61,945 nucleotides of DNA from a virus (taxonomy: Duplodnaviria > Caudoviricetes): IMG/VR virus record IMGVR_UViG_3300020474_001671, positions 1 through 61,945 of that record; one strand, written 5' to 3'. The notes under the pieces are model-generated. The model was not told the origin of the DNA. It made no database searches and worked only from the letters and a program-made list of their open reading frames with translations. The position numbers and the translations under genes are program-made. How positions within the stretch are numbered: position 1 is the first letter of the stretch; each line of letters opens with the position of its first letter. Of the stretch, positions 34,494 through 43,261 are shown piece by piece.

Positions 34494-35453
34494 ATGAAAA
34501 TCAAAGCAATCGCAGCAGCTACAGCAACTATTCCTCTTATGGTTGCCTGTGGTGGATCTAAGGAAACATTTCAACTAAGTGGAGCAGGTGCTACATTCCC
34601 TGCTCCTTTGTATCAAGCATGGTTTCAAACCATGGCAGGTGAAACTGGTAACCAAGTAAACTATCAAGCAGTTGGTAGTGGTTCTGGTGTCCGTCAGTAT
34701 ATGGCTGGCACAGTTGATTTTGGTGCCTCTGATGGTGCTGTAAGTGATGAGAAGCAGAAGATTCCAATGCTCCACATTCCTATGACTGGTGGTGCTATTG
34801 TTCCTGCTTACAATATGCCTGGTTGTGATGTCAAGATGACACAGACACAACTTGTTGATGTATATCTTGGTAAGATTACTAACTGGTCTACCTTTGGATG
34901 TGAAAGTGAAACTATTCTTCCTGTCTTCCGTTCTGATGGTAGTGGCACCACAAAAGGTTTCACTAACTCCCTGTCAGCATTCTCTCCTGAATGGAAAGAA
35001 ACTGTTGGCACTGGTAAGGCAGTGAAGTGGCCCACTGGTGTTGGTGGTAAAGGTAACTCTGGTGTTGCCGCACAGATTAAACAGGTTCGGGGCAGTATCG
35101 GGTATCTGAACTATGGTTATGTGAATGGTGATAAGTTTCAACAAGTATCACTACAAAACAAGGAAGGTAACTATGTCACAGCAAATGCCGAAACATCTGC
35201 TGCTGGTTTGAGTAAGATTGTCTTGGACGATCAACTTCGTGGTGCTGATGCTAATCCTGCTGGTGCCAATGCATACCCTATTGTCTCCCTTACTTGGGTT
35301 CTAGCATATCCTGAGTCTAAGACTGGTGTGAAGGAGACTCTTCGTTATATGTTGAGTGAGAAAGCACAGGCAATGTCTGACGGTCTTGGTTATGTTCCTC
35401 TTCCTGAGGACCTGAGACAGAAAGCACTTGCTGCTGTTGACAGTATCGAATAA
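34494..35453 (+). CDS. pstS: Phosphate-binding lipoprotein PstS
   Basis: Lipobox MVAC, GAGATFPAPLY, YQAVGSGSG, DFGASD, RSDGSGTT. Confidence 0.97.
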   Translation: MKIKAIAAATATIPLMVACGGSKETFQLSGAGATFPAPLYQAWFQTMAGETGNQVNYQAVGSGSGVRQYMAGTVDFGASDGAVSDEKQKIPMLHIPMTGGAIVPAYNMPGCDVKMTQTQLVDVYLGKITNWSTFGCESETILPVFRSDGSGTTKGFTNSLSAFSPEWKETVGTGKAVKWPTGVGGKGNSGVAAQIKQVRGSIGYLNYGYVNGDKFQQVSLQNKEGNYVTANAETSAAGLSKIVLDDQLRGADANPAGANAYPIVSLTWVLAYPESKTGVKETLRYMLSEKAQAMSDGLGYVPLPEDLRQKALAAVDSIE

Positions 35454-35465
35454 TATAAGTATAGT

Positions 35466-35490
35466 GGGGGACAATAGTCCCCCTTTTTTT
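35466..35490 (+). terminator. Intrinsic terminator after pstS
   Basis: gggggac-aata-gtccccc plus T7. Confidence 0.85.
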
Positions 35491-35667
35491 ATGAAAAAGA
35501 AAATGAAAAAGTCGGAACAAAAAACCGCAGATTGTGATAACCTTTATGATATGATTGAGTTATTACATAGTCGTATTGAGGAAATAGAAAATGAACATAC
35601 ACAATTGATTCGTAAGATGGGAGAACTAAATAGTCGAGTAGATAACTTTTCTACAAATGAAAATTAA
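35491..35667 (+). CDS. Small coiled-coil hypothetical protein
   Basis: Open frame overlapping next start. Confidence 0.5.
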   Translation: MKKKMKKSEQKTADCDNLYDMIELLHSRIEEIENEHTQLIRKMGELNSRVDNFSTNEN

Positions 35668-35830
35668 TCTTTGGTACTCTAAGAGTATGAGTCAATGGAG
35701 ATGGACTCTCTGTGAAGAATTTAAAAATGGTGTTACTAAAGTAGAACAACATTCTGGACAACGTGAGGAATTGCGAGATGCAATGAATGATGTTGCTAAT
35801 ACGGTAGAGTATATGTTAGATGATAAATAA
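35657..35830 (+). CDS. Hypothetical cyanophage protein (57 aa, not in ORF track)
   Basis: MKINLWYSKSMSQWRWTL...AMNDVANTVEYMLDDK. Confidence 0.65.
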   Translation: MKINLWYSKSMSQWRWTLCEEFKNGVTKVEQHSGQREELRDAMNDVANTVEYMLDDK

Positions 35831-35862
35831 CTGAAAACTGAAGACGTATAAAGTATTATACA

Positions 35863-36120
35863 ATGGAAAATATAAAGATTAGGTGTCGTTCCTGTGGAAA
35901 GGAATTGGAAGGACACCCGAGTAAGACAGTTTCTTGTGGTTGTCCGAATATGGCAACCATTCGTGGTGATAAGATTTCGGCAGTTGATTTGTCGAATATT
36001 GTTATGTTAAACACCTATCGATCTAAAAATAAAAAGTCATTTCTTTCGCAAGAAGATATTTTGTGGCAGGAACAGAGAAAACAACGCAAAGTTCGTAAAA
36101 TGAATTTTGAGGTTAGGTAA
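35863..36120 (+). CDS. Small zinc-finger-like protein
   Basis: CRSC...CGC motif. Confidence 0.75.
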   Translation: MENIKIRCRSCGKELEGHPSKTVSCGCPNMATIRGDKISAVDLSNIVMLNTYRSKNKKSFLSQEDILWQEQRKQRKVRKMNFEVR

Positions 36121-36196
36121 TATTAGGAAATCAAAATAAGTTGACAAATGCAAATTAGTAACTATTATAGCTAATATGTATTTCAATCAAAAAACC

Positions 36197-36358
36197 ATGG
36201 ACGAGCATACCTATAATAACTGGGTAAAAGTCAAAGAAACATTTGAAGAATCTGGAAATACTGAAAACTTTTTCTATCAAAGAGCATGTGCTATAGTTGG
36301 TGGAGCACCAGATCCTATTGATAAAATTATAAAACAAGACAATGCCGCATCGGATTGA
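36197..36358 (+). CDS. Hypothetical protein
   Basis: NWVKVKETFEESGNTENFFYQRACAI; TTGACA promoter at 36141. Confidence 0.65.
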   Translation: MDEHTYNNWVKVKETFEESGNTENFFYQRACAIVGGAPDPIDKIIKQDNAASD

Positions 36359-36557
36359 TGAAATAAAATCAGAACAATATGTCACTCAAAAAGAGTGCCA
36401 GGAGATGATTGATGATGCTATTCGGAGACACAATAGAAACGCAAGTATTATCAGCATGTGTGTTGGGTGGGTTGTCTTATGTTTATTTGCTGAGGGCCTT
36501 CTCAGATTAATTGGTGTTATTCCACCACTATTACCATGGTTACAAATTAAATTGTAG
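36342..36557 (+). CDS. Small membrane protein
   Basis: IDDAIRRHNRNA followed by TM helix. Confidence 0.7.
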   Translation: MPHRIDEIKSEQYVTQKECQEMIDDAIRRHNRNASIISMCVGWVVLCLFAEGLLRLIGVIPPLLPWLQIKL

Positions 36558-36566
36558 GAGAATTTT

Positions 36567-37046
36567 ATGAAAGTTGGATTGATTGGATTGCATCCTATTT
36601 CGATAGATATGTCCCGTAACATGATTGAAAATGGAATTGAAGTTTGGGGGTATAGTAGTAACTATGATCTTGCCTGTAAAGAATATGAAAACGGTTATAT
36701 TAGTGGATGTGTAACCTCACTAGAGTATCTTGTTCAGTCAGTTAAATCTGATAGTCTTAGGTATACTAGTGCAGGGAAGGTTCCTGGTATCTTTCAAATT
36801 ACACTTCCAGTATCACAGGTAGAAGATACATTTGATGAGTTACTACCTTTACTTGAAGAGGGTGATATTATTATTGATTACAGTAGTAATGACATAGAAA
36901 AATGTCTGGAACTGGAAAAGTATTGTGCTAAGTTAGGTATATCTTATATCTTTGTTGGTATATTTGGATCAAAACATACTATTAATGTTTGTTCTGAAAT
37001 TTTTAAACGTACCATGTACAAATCACCTTTCTGTATCGGAAATTAA
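36567..37046 (+). CDS. Truncated, degenerate 6-phosphogluconate dehydrogenase-like N-terminal domain
   Basis: MKVGLIGL, IEVWGY, LLPLLEEGDIIID match Gnd NAD(P)-binding domain; GLGxMG replaced by GLHPIS; 159 aa. Confidence 0.7.
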   Translation: MKVGLIGLHPISIDMSRNMIENGIEVWGYSSNYDLACKEYENGYISGCVTSLEYLVQSVKSDSLRYTSAGKVPGIFQITLPVSQVEDTFDELLPLLEEGDIIIDYSSNDIEKCLELEKYCAKLGISYIFVGIFGSKHTINVCSEIFKRTMYKSPFCIGN

Positions 37047-37178
37047 ATGACTTTAGCTGATGTCTTACTCTGGGGAACAATACCCTTTCTATGTGCCACC
37101 ATTTATTTCGGGCACAGAAAAGGTGAAAATATCTATTACGAAAGTGACAAATATGACGGAAATGGAACAGCGCATTAA
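37047..37178 (+). CDS. ndhP: NDH-1L small subunit NdhP homolog (43 aa, not in ORF track)
   Basis: Single TM then FGHRKGENIYYESDKYDGNGTAH, matching NdhP C-terminal Y.GNG(S/T)AH signature. Confidence 0.8.
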   Translation: MTLADVLLWGTIPFLCATIYFGHRKGENIYYESDKYDGNGTAH

Positions 37179-37368
37179 GATGAGATATGCGTTTGCCATG
37201 TCTTCATTTGGTAGAATGTTTACCCCAAATAAAATCTCATGTGAGATGAGATTATTATGTGAAGAGTGGTCAAAAAACATTGATGAAATTCCACCCACTA
37301 AAGACTTATATCAAGTTGATCGTTATTTTCTAGAATTTTGGAAAACGAGGGAGATTACTTATGAGTAA
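37153..37368 (+). CDS. Hypothetical protein
   Basis: RYAFAMSSFGRMF...DLYQVDRYFLE. Confidence 0.65.
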   Translation: MTEMEQRIKMRYAFAMSSFGRMFTPNKISCEMRLLCEEWSKNIDEIPPTKDLYQVDRYFLEFWKTREITYE

Positions 37369-37528
37369 CATAGCACTCAAAGCAGCACACTTTGCCTCTG
37401 CAACACTCAATAATCCGTGGGGTGTTGGTAGTTTAAGTTTCATATTGATCTTTGTTCCTATCATAGGAATGTGGGCAGTTCACAAATACAACTGGGAGCA
37501 TTGGGCACCATTTGACAGAGGGCACTAG
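37361..37528 (+). CDS. Small membrane protein (55 aa, not in ORF track)
   Basis: GGAG RBS; LSFILIFVPIIGMWAVHKYNWEHWAPF. Confidence 0.65.
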   Translation: MSNIALKAAHFASATLNNPWGVGSLSFILIFVPIIGMWAVHKYNWEHWAPFDRGH

Positions 37529-37540
37529 AGGTAGTATAAT
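37512..37540 (+). promoter_or_regulatory. Consensus sigma70 promoter with no coding sequence directly downstream
   Basis: TTGACA N17 TATAAT. Confidence 0.8.
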
Positions 37541-37625
37541 GTATAAGATAGGTAAGGAAAGAAAAAGGAGCATGGGAACCGACCGGACGTAATCTGGAAG
37601 GAGATACCGCACCTGCCTTGACAAC

Positions 37626-37654
37626 TTGACTACATAATCACAACACCGTATAAT
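37626..37654 (+). promoter_or_regulatory. Sigma70 promoter
   Basis: TTGACT N17 TATAAT. Confidence 0.8.
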
Positions 37655-37676
37655 ATACAGGTAATCAAAACGGACA

Positions 37677-37898
37677 ATGGCACTGACTGAAAAATTCAAA
37701 ACCAAGGATTTAGATACCCTTCGTAATGCTGCAAAAGGTGAAATTTTCTTAGATGTAAAAAGTCCGAAATTATTTAAGAAGGTTCGTAAATATTATGAAT
37801 CTAATGGAGTAATTTTTTCTGGTGATCCACTTGATGATTATGAAATCATGATGGACTGTTTGTATTCTGATTTAGAAATTTCTGTTGAGGTTGTTTGA
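37677..37898 (+). CDS. Conserved early hypothetical protein
   Basis: LDVKSPKLFKKVRKYYE..GVIFSGDPLDDY. Confidence 0.75.
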   Translation: MALTEKFKTKDLDTLRNAAKGEIFLDVKSPKLFKKVRKYYESNGVIFSGDPLDDYEIMMDCLYSDLEISVEVV

Positions 37899-37923
37899 TT
37901 TTATTCATAGCAAGACCCCCTAT

Positions 37924-37960
37924 AAGGAGAGTTGCATAAACTCTCCTTTTCTAGTATAAT
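37924..37960 (+). promoter_or_regulatory. Terminator fused with promoter at start of glycan island
   Basis: aaggagagtt-gcata-aactctcctt plus T; TTGCAT(37932) N17 TATAAT(37955). Confidence 0.75.
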
Positions 37961-37983
37961 AATTACTATAGTAAAATATTAAA

Positions 37984-39009
37984 ATGAAAAGAGTTTTAGT
38001 AACTGGTGGTGCGGGATTTATTGCACATCATTTAATCTCTCAGATAATCAAGAACACTGATTGGGAGATTATTTGTCTTGATAGATTAGATTTTAGTGGT
38101 AATTTAAATCGTCTACAAGATATCATGCAGGAATTCTCTCAAGAGAATCGTTCTCGTGTAAAAATAGTATTTCATGATTTGAGAGCAGCAATCAATCCAC
38201 TTATTGCATCTGATATTGGTAAGGTTGATTATATTCTACATCTCGCTGCCGGTTCTCATGTTGATCGTAGTATTGAATATCCAATGGAATTTGTTTTGGA
38301 TAATGTTGTAGCCACTGGACACATCCTTGATTATGCTCGTGGTCTAGATCATCTTGAAAGGTTTGTTTATTTTAGCACTGATGAAGTATTCGGACCTGCT
38401 CCATCTGGCATTTTTTATGGTGAGTATGATCGTTATAATGCCACCAATCCTTATAGTGCCACCAAAGCAGGTGGTGAAGAATTAGCAGTAGCATTTGAGA
38501 ACTCTTACTCTCTACCTGTGTATATTACACACACAATGAATGTTTTTGGACAAAGGCAGCATCCAGAAAAATTTATTCCTATGTGTATTAAGAATATTCG
38601 TGATGGTATGGAAATTACTATTCATTGTGATGAGACAAAAACTATCCCTGGATCACGTCATTATGTTCATGCGGAAGATGTTTCTGATGCAATATTGTTT
38701 TTACTGGACCAAGATACATATGTTGAAACTGGAAACTATGGTAATGCTAAGTGTCCTAAGTTCAATATTGTTGGTGGGGAAGAAGTCAATAACCTTGATC
38801 TAGCACAAATGATTGCTGATACTCAGGGTAAAGAATTAAAGTATAATATGGTTGACTTTCATTCTGCTCGACCTGGACATGACCTTCGGTATGCACTCTC
38901 TGGAGAAAAGATGGCAAAGATGGGTTGGAAACCCACTAGATCTTTGAGTGAACGCATTTTTGAGGTTACTAGATGGACCCTTGACAATGAACGTTGGATT
39001 GCACTATAA
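37984..39009 (+). CDS. dTDP-glucose 4,6-dehydratase-like SDR
   Basis: TGGAGFI, HLAAGSHVDRS, STDEVFG, YSATK, RPGHDLRY. Confidence 0.9.
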   Translation: MKRVLVTGGAGFIAHHLISQIIKNTDWEIICLDRLDFSGNLNRLQDIMQEFSQENRSRVKIVFHDLRAAINPLIASDIGKVDYILHLAAGSHVDRSIEYPMEFVLDNVVATGHILDYARGLDHLERFVYFSTDEVFGPAPSGIFYGEYDRYNATNPYSATKAGGEELAVAFENSYSLPVYITHTMNVFGQRQHPEKFIPMCIKNIRDGMEITIHCDETKTIPGSRHYVHAEDVSDAILFLLDQDTYVETGNYGNAKCPKFNIVGGEEVNNLDLAQMIADTQGKELKYNMVDFHSARPGHDLRYALSGEKMAKMGWKPTRSLSERIFEVTRWTLDNERWIAL

Positions 39010-39037
39010 TACATAGTATAGGTTAAATTAATTTTTA

Positions 39038-40078
39038 ATGTCTGATTATAAGAAGACTGCACTTGTGCTTGGTGCAGGTGGATTTATTGGAAGTCACATG
39101 GTTAAACGACTTCGTTCTGAAGGATACTGGGTTCGGGGAGTTGATCTTAAACATCCTGAATATTCAGCATCTCATGCGAATGAATTTATTATTGGTGACC
39201 TGAGAGATGTTAATTTTGTAAAACGATGTGTTCGTTTTACTGGATACCTTGGAAACTTCTACAAAGATATTGTAGATAAGTTTGCAGAACCTTTTGATGA
39301 GATTTATCAGTTTGCTGCTGATATGGGTGGTGCAGGATTTGTATTCACTGGTGAGAATGATGCAGACATCATGCACAATTCTGTATCCATTAATCTGAAT
39401 GTTCTTGAGGAACAACGTAAACTGAATGAAATTACAGAACAAAATAAAACTAAAATCTTTTACTCTGGGTCGGCATGTATGTATCCGGAGCACAATCAAC
39501 TAGACCCTGATAATCCTGACTGCCGTGAAGAATCAGCATACCCTGCTAACCCTGACTCAGAATATGGATGGGAGAAACTATTCTCCGAGAGACTCTACTT
39601 TGCCTACAATCGTAACCATAGTATTCCTGTTCGGATTGCTCGTTACCACAACATCTTTGGTCCTGAAGGAACCTGGGACGGTGGCAGAGAGAAGGCACCA
39701 GCTGCAATATGCCGCAAGGTTGCTTTCCTTCCGGAGTCAGGTGGATCTATCGAGGTGTGGGGAGATGGTTTACAAACTCGTTCCTTCCTGTTCGTTGATG
39801 AATGCATCGAAGCAACTAGAAGACTAATGGAGAGTGACTTTATAGGTCCTGTGAATATTGGTTCTGAAGAGATGGTTAGTATCAATCAGTTGGTAGATAT
39901 TACTGCTAAAGTTGCAGAAAAAGAAGTTTCTAAAAATCATATTGATGGACCTTTAGGTGTTCGTGGTCGTAACTCTAACAATGATTTGATTCGTGAAAAA
40001 CTAGGATGGGATTATTCTCAAACCCTTGAAGAGGGTATTTGTATTACATATAACTGGATTAGTGGACAAATTTCATGA
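39038..40078 (+). CDS. GDP-mannose 3,5-epimerase-like SDR
   Basis: GAGGFIG, AADMGGAGF, SACMYP, YGWEK, REKAPAAICRK, GVRGRNS. Confidence 0.88.
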   Translation: MSDYKKTALVLGAGGFIGSHMVKRLRSEGYWVRGVDLKHPEYSASHANEFIIGDLRDVNFVKRCVRFTGYLGNFYKDIVDKFAEPFDEIYQFAADMGGAGFVFTGENDADIMHNSVSINLNVLEEQRKLNEITEQNKTKIFYSGSACMYPEHNQLDPDNPDCREESAYPANPDSEYGWEKLFSERLYFAYNRNHSIPVRIARYHNIFGPEGTWDGGREKAPAAICRKVAFLPESGGSIEVWGDGLQTRSFLFVDECIEATRRLMESDFIGPVNIGSEEMVSINQLVDITAKVAEKEVSKNHIDGPLGVRGRNSNNDLIREKLGWDYSQTLEEGICITYNWISGQIS

Positions 40079-40773
40079 ATATAAAAGATATTGAAATCAT
40101 AGAATCCTTAGGTCAAGATTTTTATGATAGTTTTAATAAATTTATTCTTAGTTCTGACCTGAAGGTATTTGGAAAACTTCTTGCTAGATTTCAGTTATTT
40201 GAAATGGTCAAGGATGTTCCTGGAGATATTGTTGAGTGTGGTGTCTTCAAAGGAACAGGTCTCTTTACCTTTTTGAAATTAAAAAGATACTATTGTCCTA
40301 ATAGTTTAAAAAAAGTTATTGGGTTTGATTTCTTTGATACAGAAGCACTTGTAGATAGTTTGTCTAATCAAGATAAAGATGCAATGAGCATACTTTTTTC
40401 TGGTAGAGACTTCAAGCACGATGAATCATTTAAAGAGGCACTTGAGTATCAAATTCTTAAGTCTGGATTTCAAGATCATGAATTTGAATTAATTCAAGGT
40501 AACATTAGTAAAACTGTTGTTGATTTCGTTAAAACAAAACCAGGTGCAAAAATATCCTTACTCTATATGGATCTAGATGTAGAAAAACCAACTTATGATG
40601 CTTTGAATTCTTTATGGGATAGAGTTAGTAGTGGTGGTGTTGTTGTATTTGATGAGTATGCATATCATAATTGGTCAGAGTCTGTAGGAGTTGATAAATA
40701 TTTTGAAAATAAAAGTGTAAAAATTAATTCAATGAACTTTATTGCTCCATCGGCATATGTAATTAAACCATGA
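40075..40773 (+). CDS. TylF/MycF-family sugar O-methyltransferase
   Basis: VPGDIVECGVFKG, GFDFF, LYMDLD, GGVVVFDEY. Confidence 0.85.
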   Translation: MNIKDIEIIESLGQDFYDSFNKFILSSDLKVFGKLLARFQLFEMVKDVPGDIVECGVFKGTGLFTFLKLKRYYCPNSLKKVIGFDFFDTEALVDSLSNQDKDAMSILFSGRDFKHDESFKEALEYQILKSGFQDHEFELIQGNISKTVVDFVKTKPGAKISLLYMDLDVEKPTYDALNSLWDRVSSGGVVVFDEYAYHNWSESVGVDKYFENKSVKINSMNFIAPSAYVIKP

Positions 40774-41435
40774 AAAATTTAAATAGACTAGTTCGTAAAT
40801 CTGATCTTAAGTGGATCAGTGATGTGAGAGATGAAAACAATTGGATTGAAAAATATCCACACTCAACTTGTTTGGGTAATCACTGGGTTAGGGATGAAGC
40901 ACTCTACAAGTGGGTCTTTGCTCTGCTCAACTTTGGTATTGGGACAACAGGACAAAAGGTGATTGACCTTGGAGTTCAGAATGGATGTGTTCCTGCTGTT
41001 GTAGCAGACTGGGGTAACGAAACTATCGCTCTGGACATTAAGGAGGCACCTTGGGATCAACCAGAATCTTCTGCTGAGTTGGTCATTGCAGATGCTTTTG
41101 AATGGTTGCCTGAACTTGAGGATGAATCCATCGACACTTTCTTTGACATCTGTGCTGTTCACTGCTTTGAACCATCCTATGATGAGAAATGTGGTAACTA
41201 TGGGTTACTGAGGATCTCAGAACTGGTGTATCAGAAACTGAAACCAGGTGGTAAGTTCATCGTGACCTCTGATGTTGGTGATGCAACAGAGGGATCTTAT
41301 ATCAAAGCAGAGACATTCATTGAAATTGTTGAGAGAACTGGACTTAATCTAACTTCTGAGTTTGATGGTATAATAGATGGGGACACCTTCTACAACGAAA
41401 AACTAAAAGTAGTTTCTTTGGAATTTATAAAATAA
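40770..41435 (+). CDS. Class I SAM-dependent methyltransferase
   Basis: VIDLGVQNG, ALDI, LKPGGKFI. Confidence 0.8.
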   Translation: MKNLNRLVRKSDLKWISDVRDENNWIEKYPHSTCLGNHWVRDEALYKWVFALLNFGIGTTGQKVIDLGVQNGCVPAVVADWGNETIALDIKEAPWDQPESSAELVIADAFEWLPELEDESIDTFFDICAVHCFEPSYDEKCGNYGLLRISELVYQKLKPGGKFIVTSDVGDATEGSYIKAETFIEIVERTGLNLTSEFDGIIDGDTFYNEKLKVVSLEFIK

Positions 41436-41438
41436 CAC

Positions 41439-42806
41439 ATGAACAAACTCGTTATATTTGACCTTGATGGAGTTCTTATTGATAGTAGAGATATGCATTA
41501 TGAAGCACTTAATCATGCTTTGAGTAATGTAGATCGAAAATATGCAATCGGTAGAGAAGAACATCTCAGTATTTACGATGGTCTTCCTACATCTAGAAAA
41601 CTTAATCTTCTCACCGAAAGAAAAGGACTACCCGTCGATCAGCATCAGCAGGTATGGGAAGATAAGCAAGTTGAAACTCTTAATATTTTTGGTAAACTAG
41701 GACAAGATTACCAGTTGATGCATTATTTCAAGCAACTTAAGGATAAGGGATATCAGGTTGCTGTAGCTAGTAATAGTATACGTAATACTGTTAAACTTGT
41801 TCTTCTTAAGTTGGGATTGCTTGAATTTATTGATTACTACATGAGTAATGAGGATGTTCATAGAAACAAACCTTTTCCAGAAATGTATTGGAACTGTATG
41901 ACTGCTTGCAATGCACTTCCTAAAGATACTGTTATCTTGGAGGATAGTCATATTGGTAGGCAGGGTGCTCTTGATAGTGGATCTCATTTAATTGCTATTG
42001 AAAATCGTGATCATTTAAACCAAGATAAAATTGATAAGATAGTCACTATTTTGGATAACAAAAAGTTAACACATATTCCTTGGAAGTCTGAAAAAATGAA
42101 TGTTCTTATTCCCATGGCAGGTCGGGGAAGTAGATTTGCTGATGTTGGTTATACCTTCCCCAAACCTCTCATTGAGGTAAATGGTAAACCAATGATTCAA
42201 GTGGTTCTTGAGAACCTAAACATTGAGGCAAATTATACTTTTGTTGTTCGTAAAGAACATTATGAAAAATATAGTCTTCAGTATCTCCTTACTCTAATTG
42301 CACCTGGTTGTAATATTATTCAGGTAGATGAAATGACAGAGGGATCTGCTTGTACTACTCTTCTGGCAAAAGAGTTTATCAACAACGATGATCCTTTGCT
42401 CCTTGCCAACTCCGATCAGTTTATGGAGTGGAATAGTAATGAGTGCCTTTATGCATTCAATGCTGATGGTATTGATGGTGGTATCTTGACTTTCAAAGCA
42501 ACTCACCCTAAGTGGTCCTATGCTAAGGTCGGGTCTGATGGATTCGTTGCTGAAGTTGCAGAAAAGAAACCAATCAGTCAAGATGCAACAGTTGGTGTAT
42601 ACTTCTGGAAAAAAGGTTCTGATTATGTTAAATATGCAGAGCAGATGATTGACAAAGACATCAGAACTAATGGTGAGTTTTACATTTGTCCTGTATTTAA
42701 TGAGGCAATTAATGATGGTAAGAAGGTGAGAATCAAAGAAATTGAACGTATGTGGGGTATTGGAACTCCTGAAGATCTAAATTATTTCCTAGAGCACTAC
42801 AAATGA
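41439..42806 (+). CDS. HAD phosphatase fused to sugar-phosphate nucleotidyltransferase
   Basis: FDLDGVL, KPFPE, EDS..G; then IPMAGRGSRF...PKPLIEV, EKKP, GIGTPEDL. Confidence 0.88.
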   Translation: MNKLVIFDLDGVLIDSRDMHYEALNHALSNVDRKYAIGREEHLSIYDGLPTSRKLNLLTERKGLPVDQHQQVWEDKQVETLNIFGKLGQDYQLMHYFKQLKDKGYQVAVASNSIRNTVKLVLLKLGLLEFIDYYMSNEDVHRNKPFPEMYWNCMTACNALPKDTVILEDSHIGRQGALDSGSHLIAIENRDHLNQDKIDKIVTILDNKKLTHIPWKSEKMNVLIPMAGRGSRFADVGYTFPKPLIEVNGKPMIQVVLENLNIEANYTFVVRKEHYEKYSLQYLLTLIAPGCNIIQVDEMTEGSACTTLLAKEFINNDDPLLLANSDQFMEWNSNECLYAFNADGIDGGILTFKATHPKWSYAKVGSDGFVAEVAEKKPISQDATVGVYFWKKGSDYVKYAEQMIDKDIRTNGEFYICPVFNEAINDGKKVRIKEIERMWGIGTPEDLNYFLEHYK

Positions 42807-43261
42807 AACTCATAGCACATAGAGGTAATATCAATGGTCCAGATTCTTCTATTGAAAATAGTCCAGATCAAATTGACAAATGTATAGAACAAGGATATGA
42901 TGTTGAGGTTGATGTTAGATATGATCCTAAAACAGAACGTCTGTGGTTGGGGCATGATGACCCTCAATATGCAGTAACTTGGTGGTGGTTGGCGGGTAGA
43001 GCACAACACCTTTGGATTCATTGTAAAGATATTACTACTATGTTTGCTTTTTCTGATGGTACTAGTGGATATAATTACTTTTGGCATCAGGAAGATGACT
43101 TTACTTTAACTAGTAAACAATTTATCTGGAGTTATCCAGGTAAACCATATACGAGTAGAAGTATTATTGTAATGCCTGAGCAATCCAATCTTTCTTGGGA
43201 GTCATTAAAAGTAACTAATTGCCATGGAATCTGTAGTGATTACATTGAAAAACTAAAATGA
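42803..43261 (+). CDS. Short glycerophosphodiester phosphodiesterase-like protein
   Basis: IAHRGN, EN, VEVDV, LGHD, GICSD. Confidence 0.75.
   Translation: MKLIAHRGNINGPDSSIENSPDQIDKCIEQGYDVEVDVRYDPKTERLWLGHDDPQYAVTWWWLAGRAQHLWIHCKDITTMFAFSDGTSGYNYFWHQEDDFTLTSKQFIWSYPGKPYTSRSIIVMPEQSNLSWESLKVTNCHGICSDYIEKLK

Noticed and set aside
37060-37152. N-terminal extension of ORF 37060-37368
   Set aside because: Region is better explained by ndhP in another frame; start moved to 37153
37361-37528. NdhQ assignment for the small membrane ORF near ndhP
   Set aside because: No recognisable NdhQ motif; only size and hydrophobicity agree
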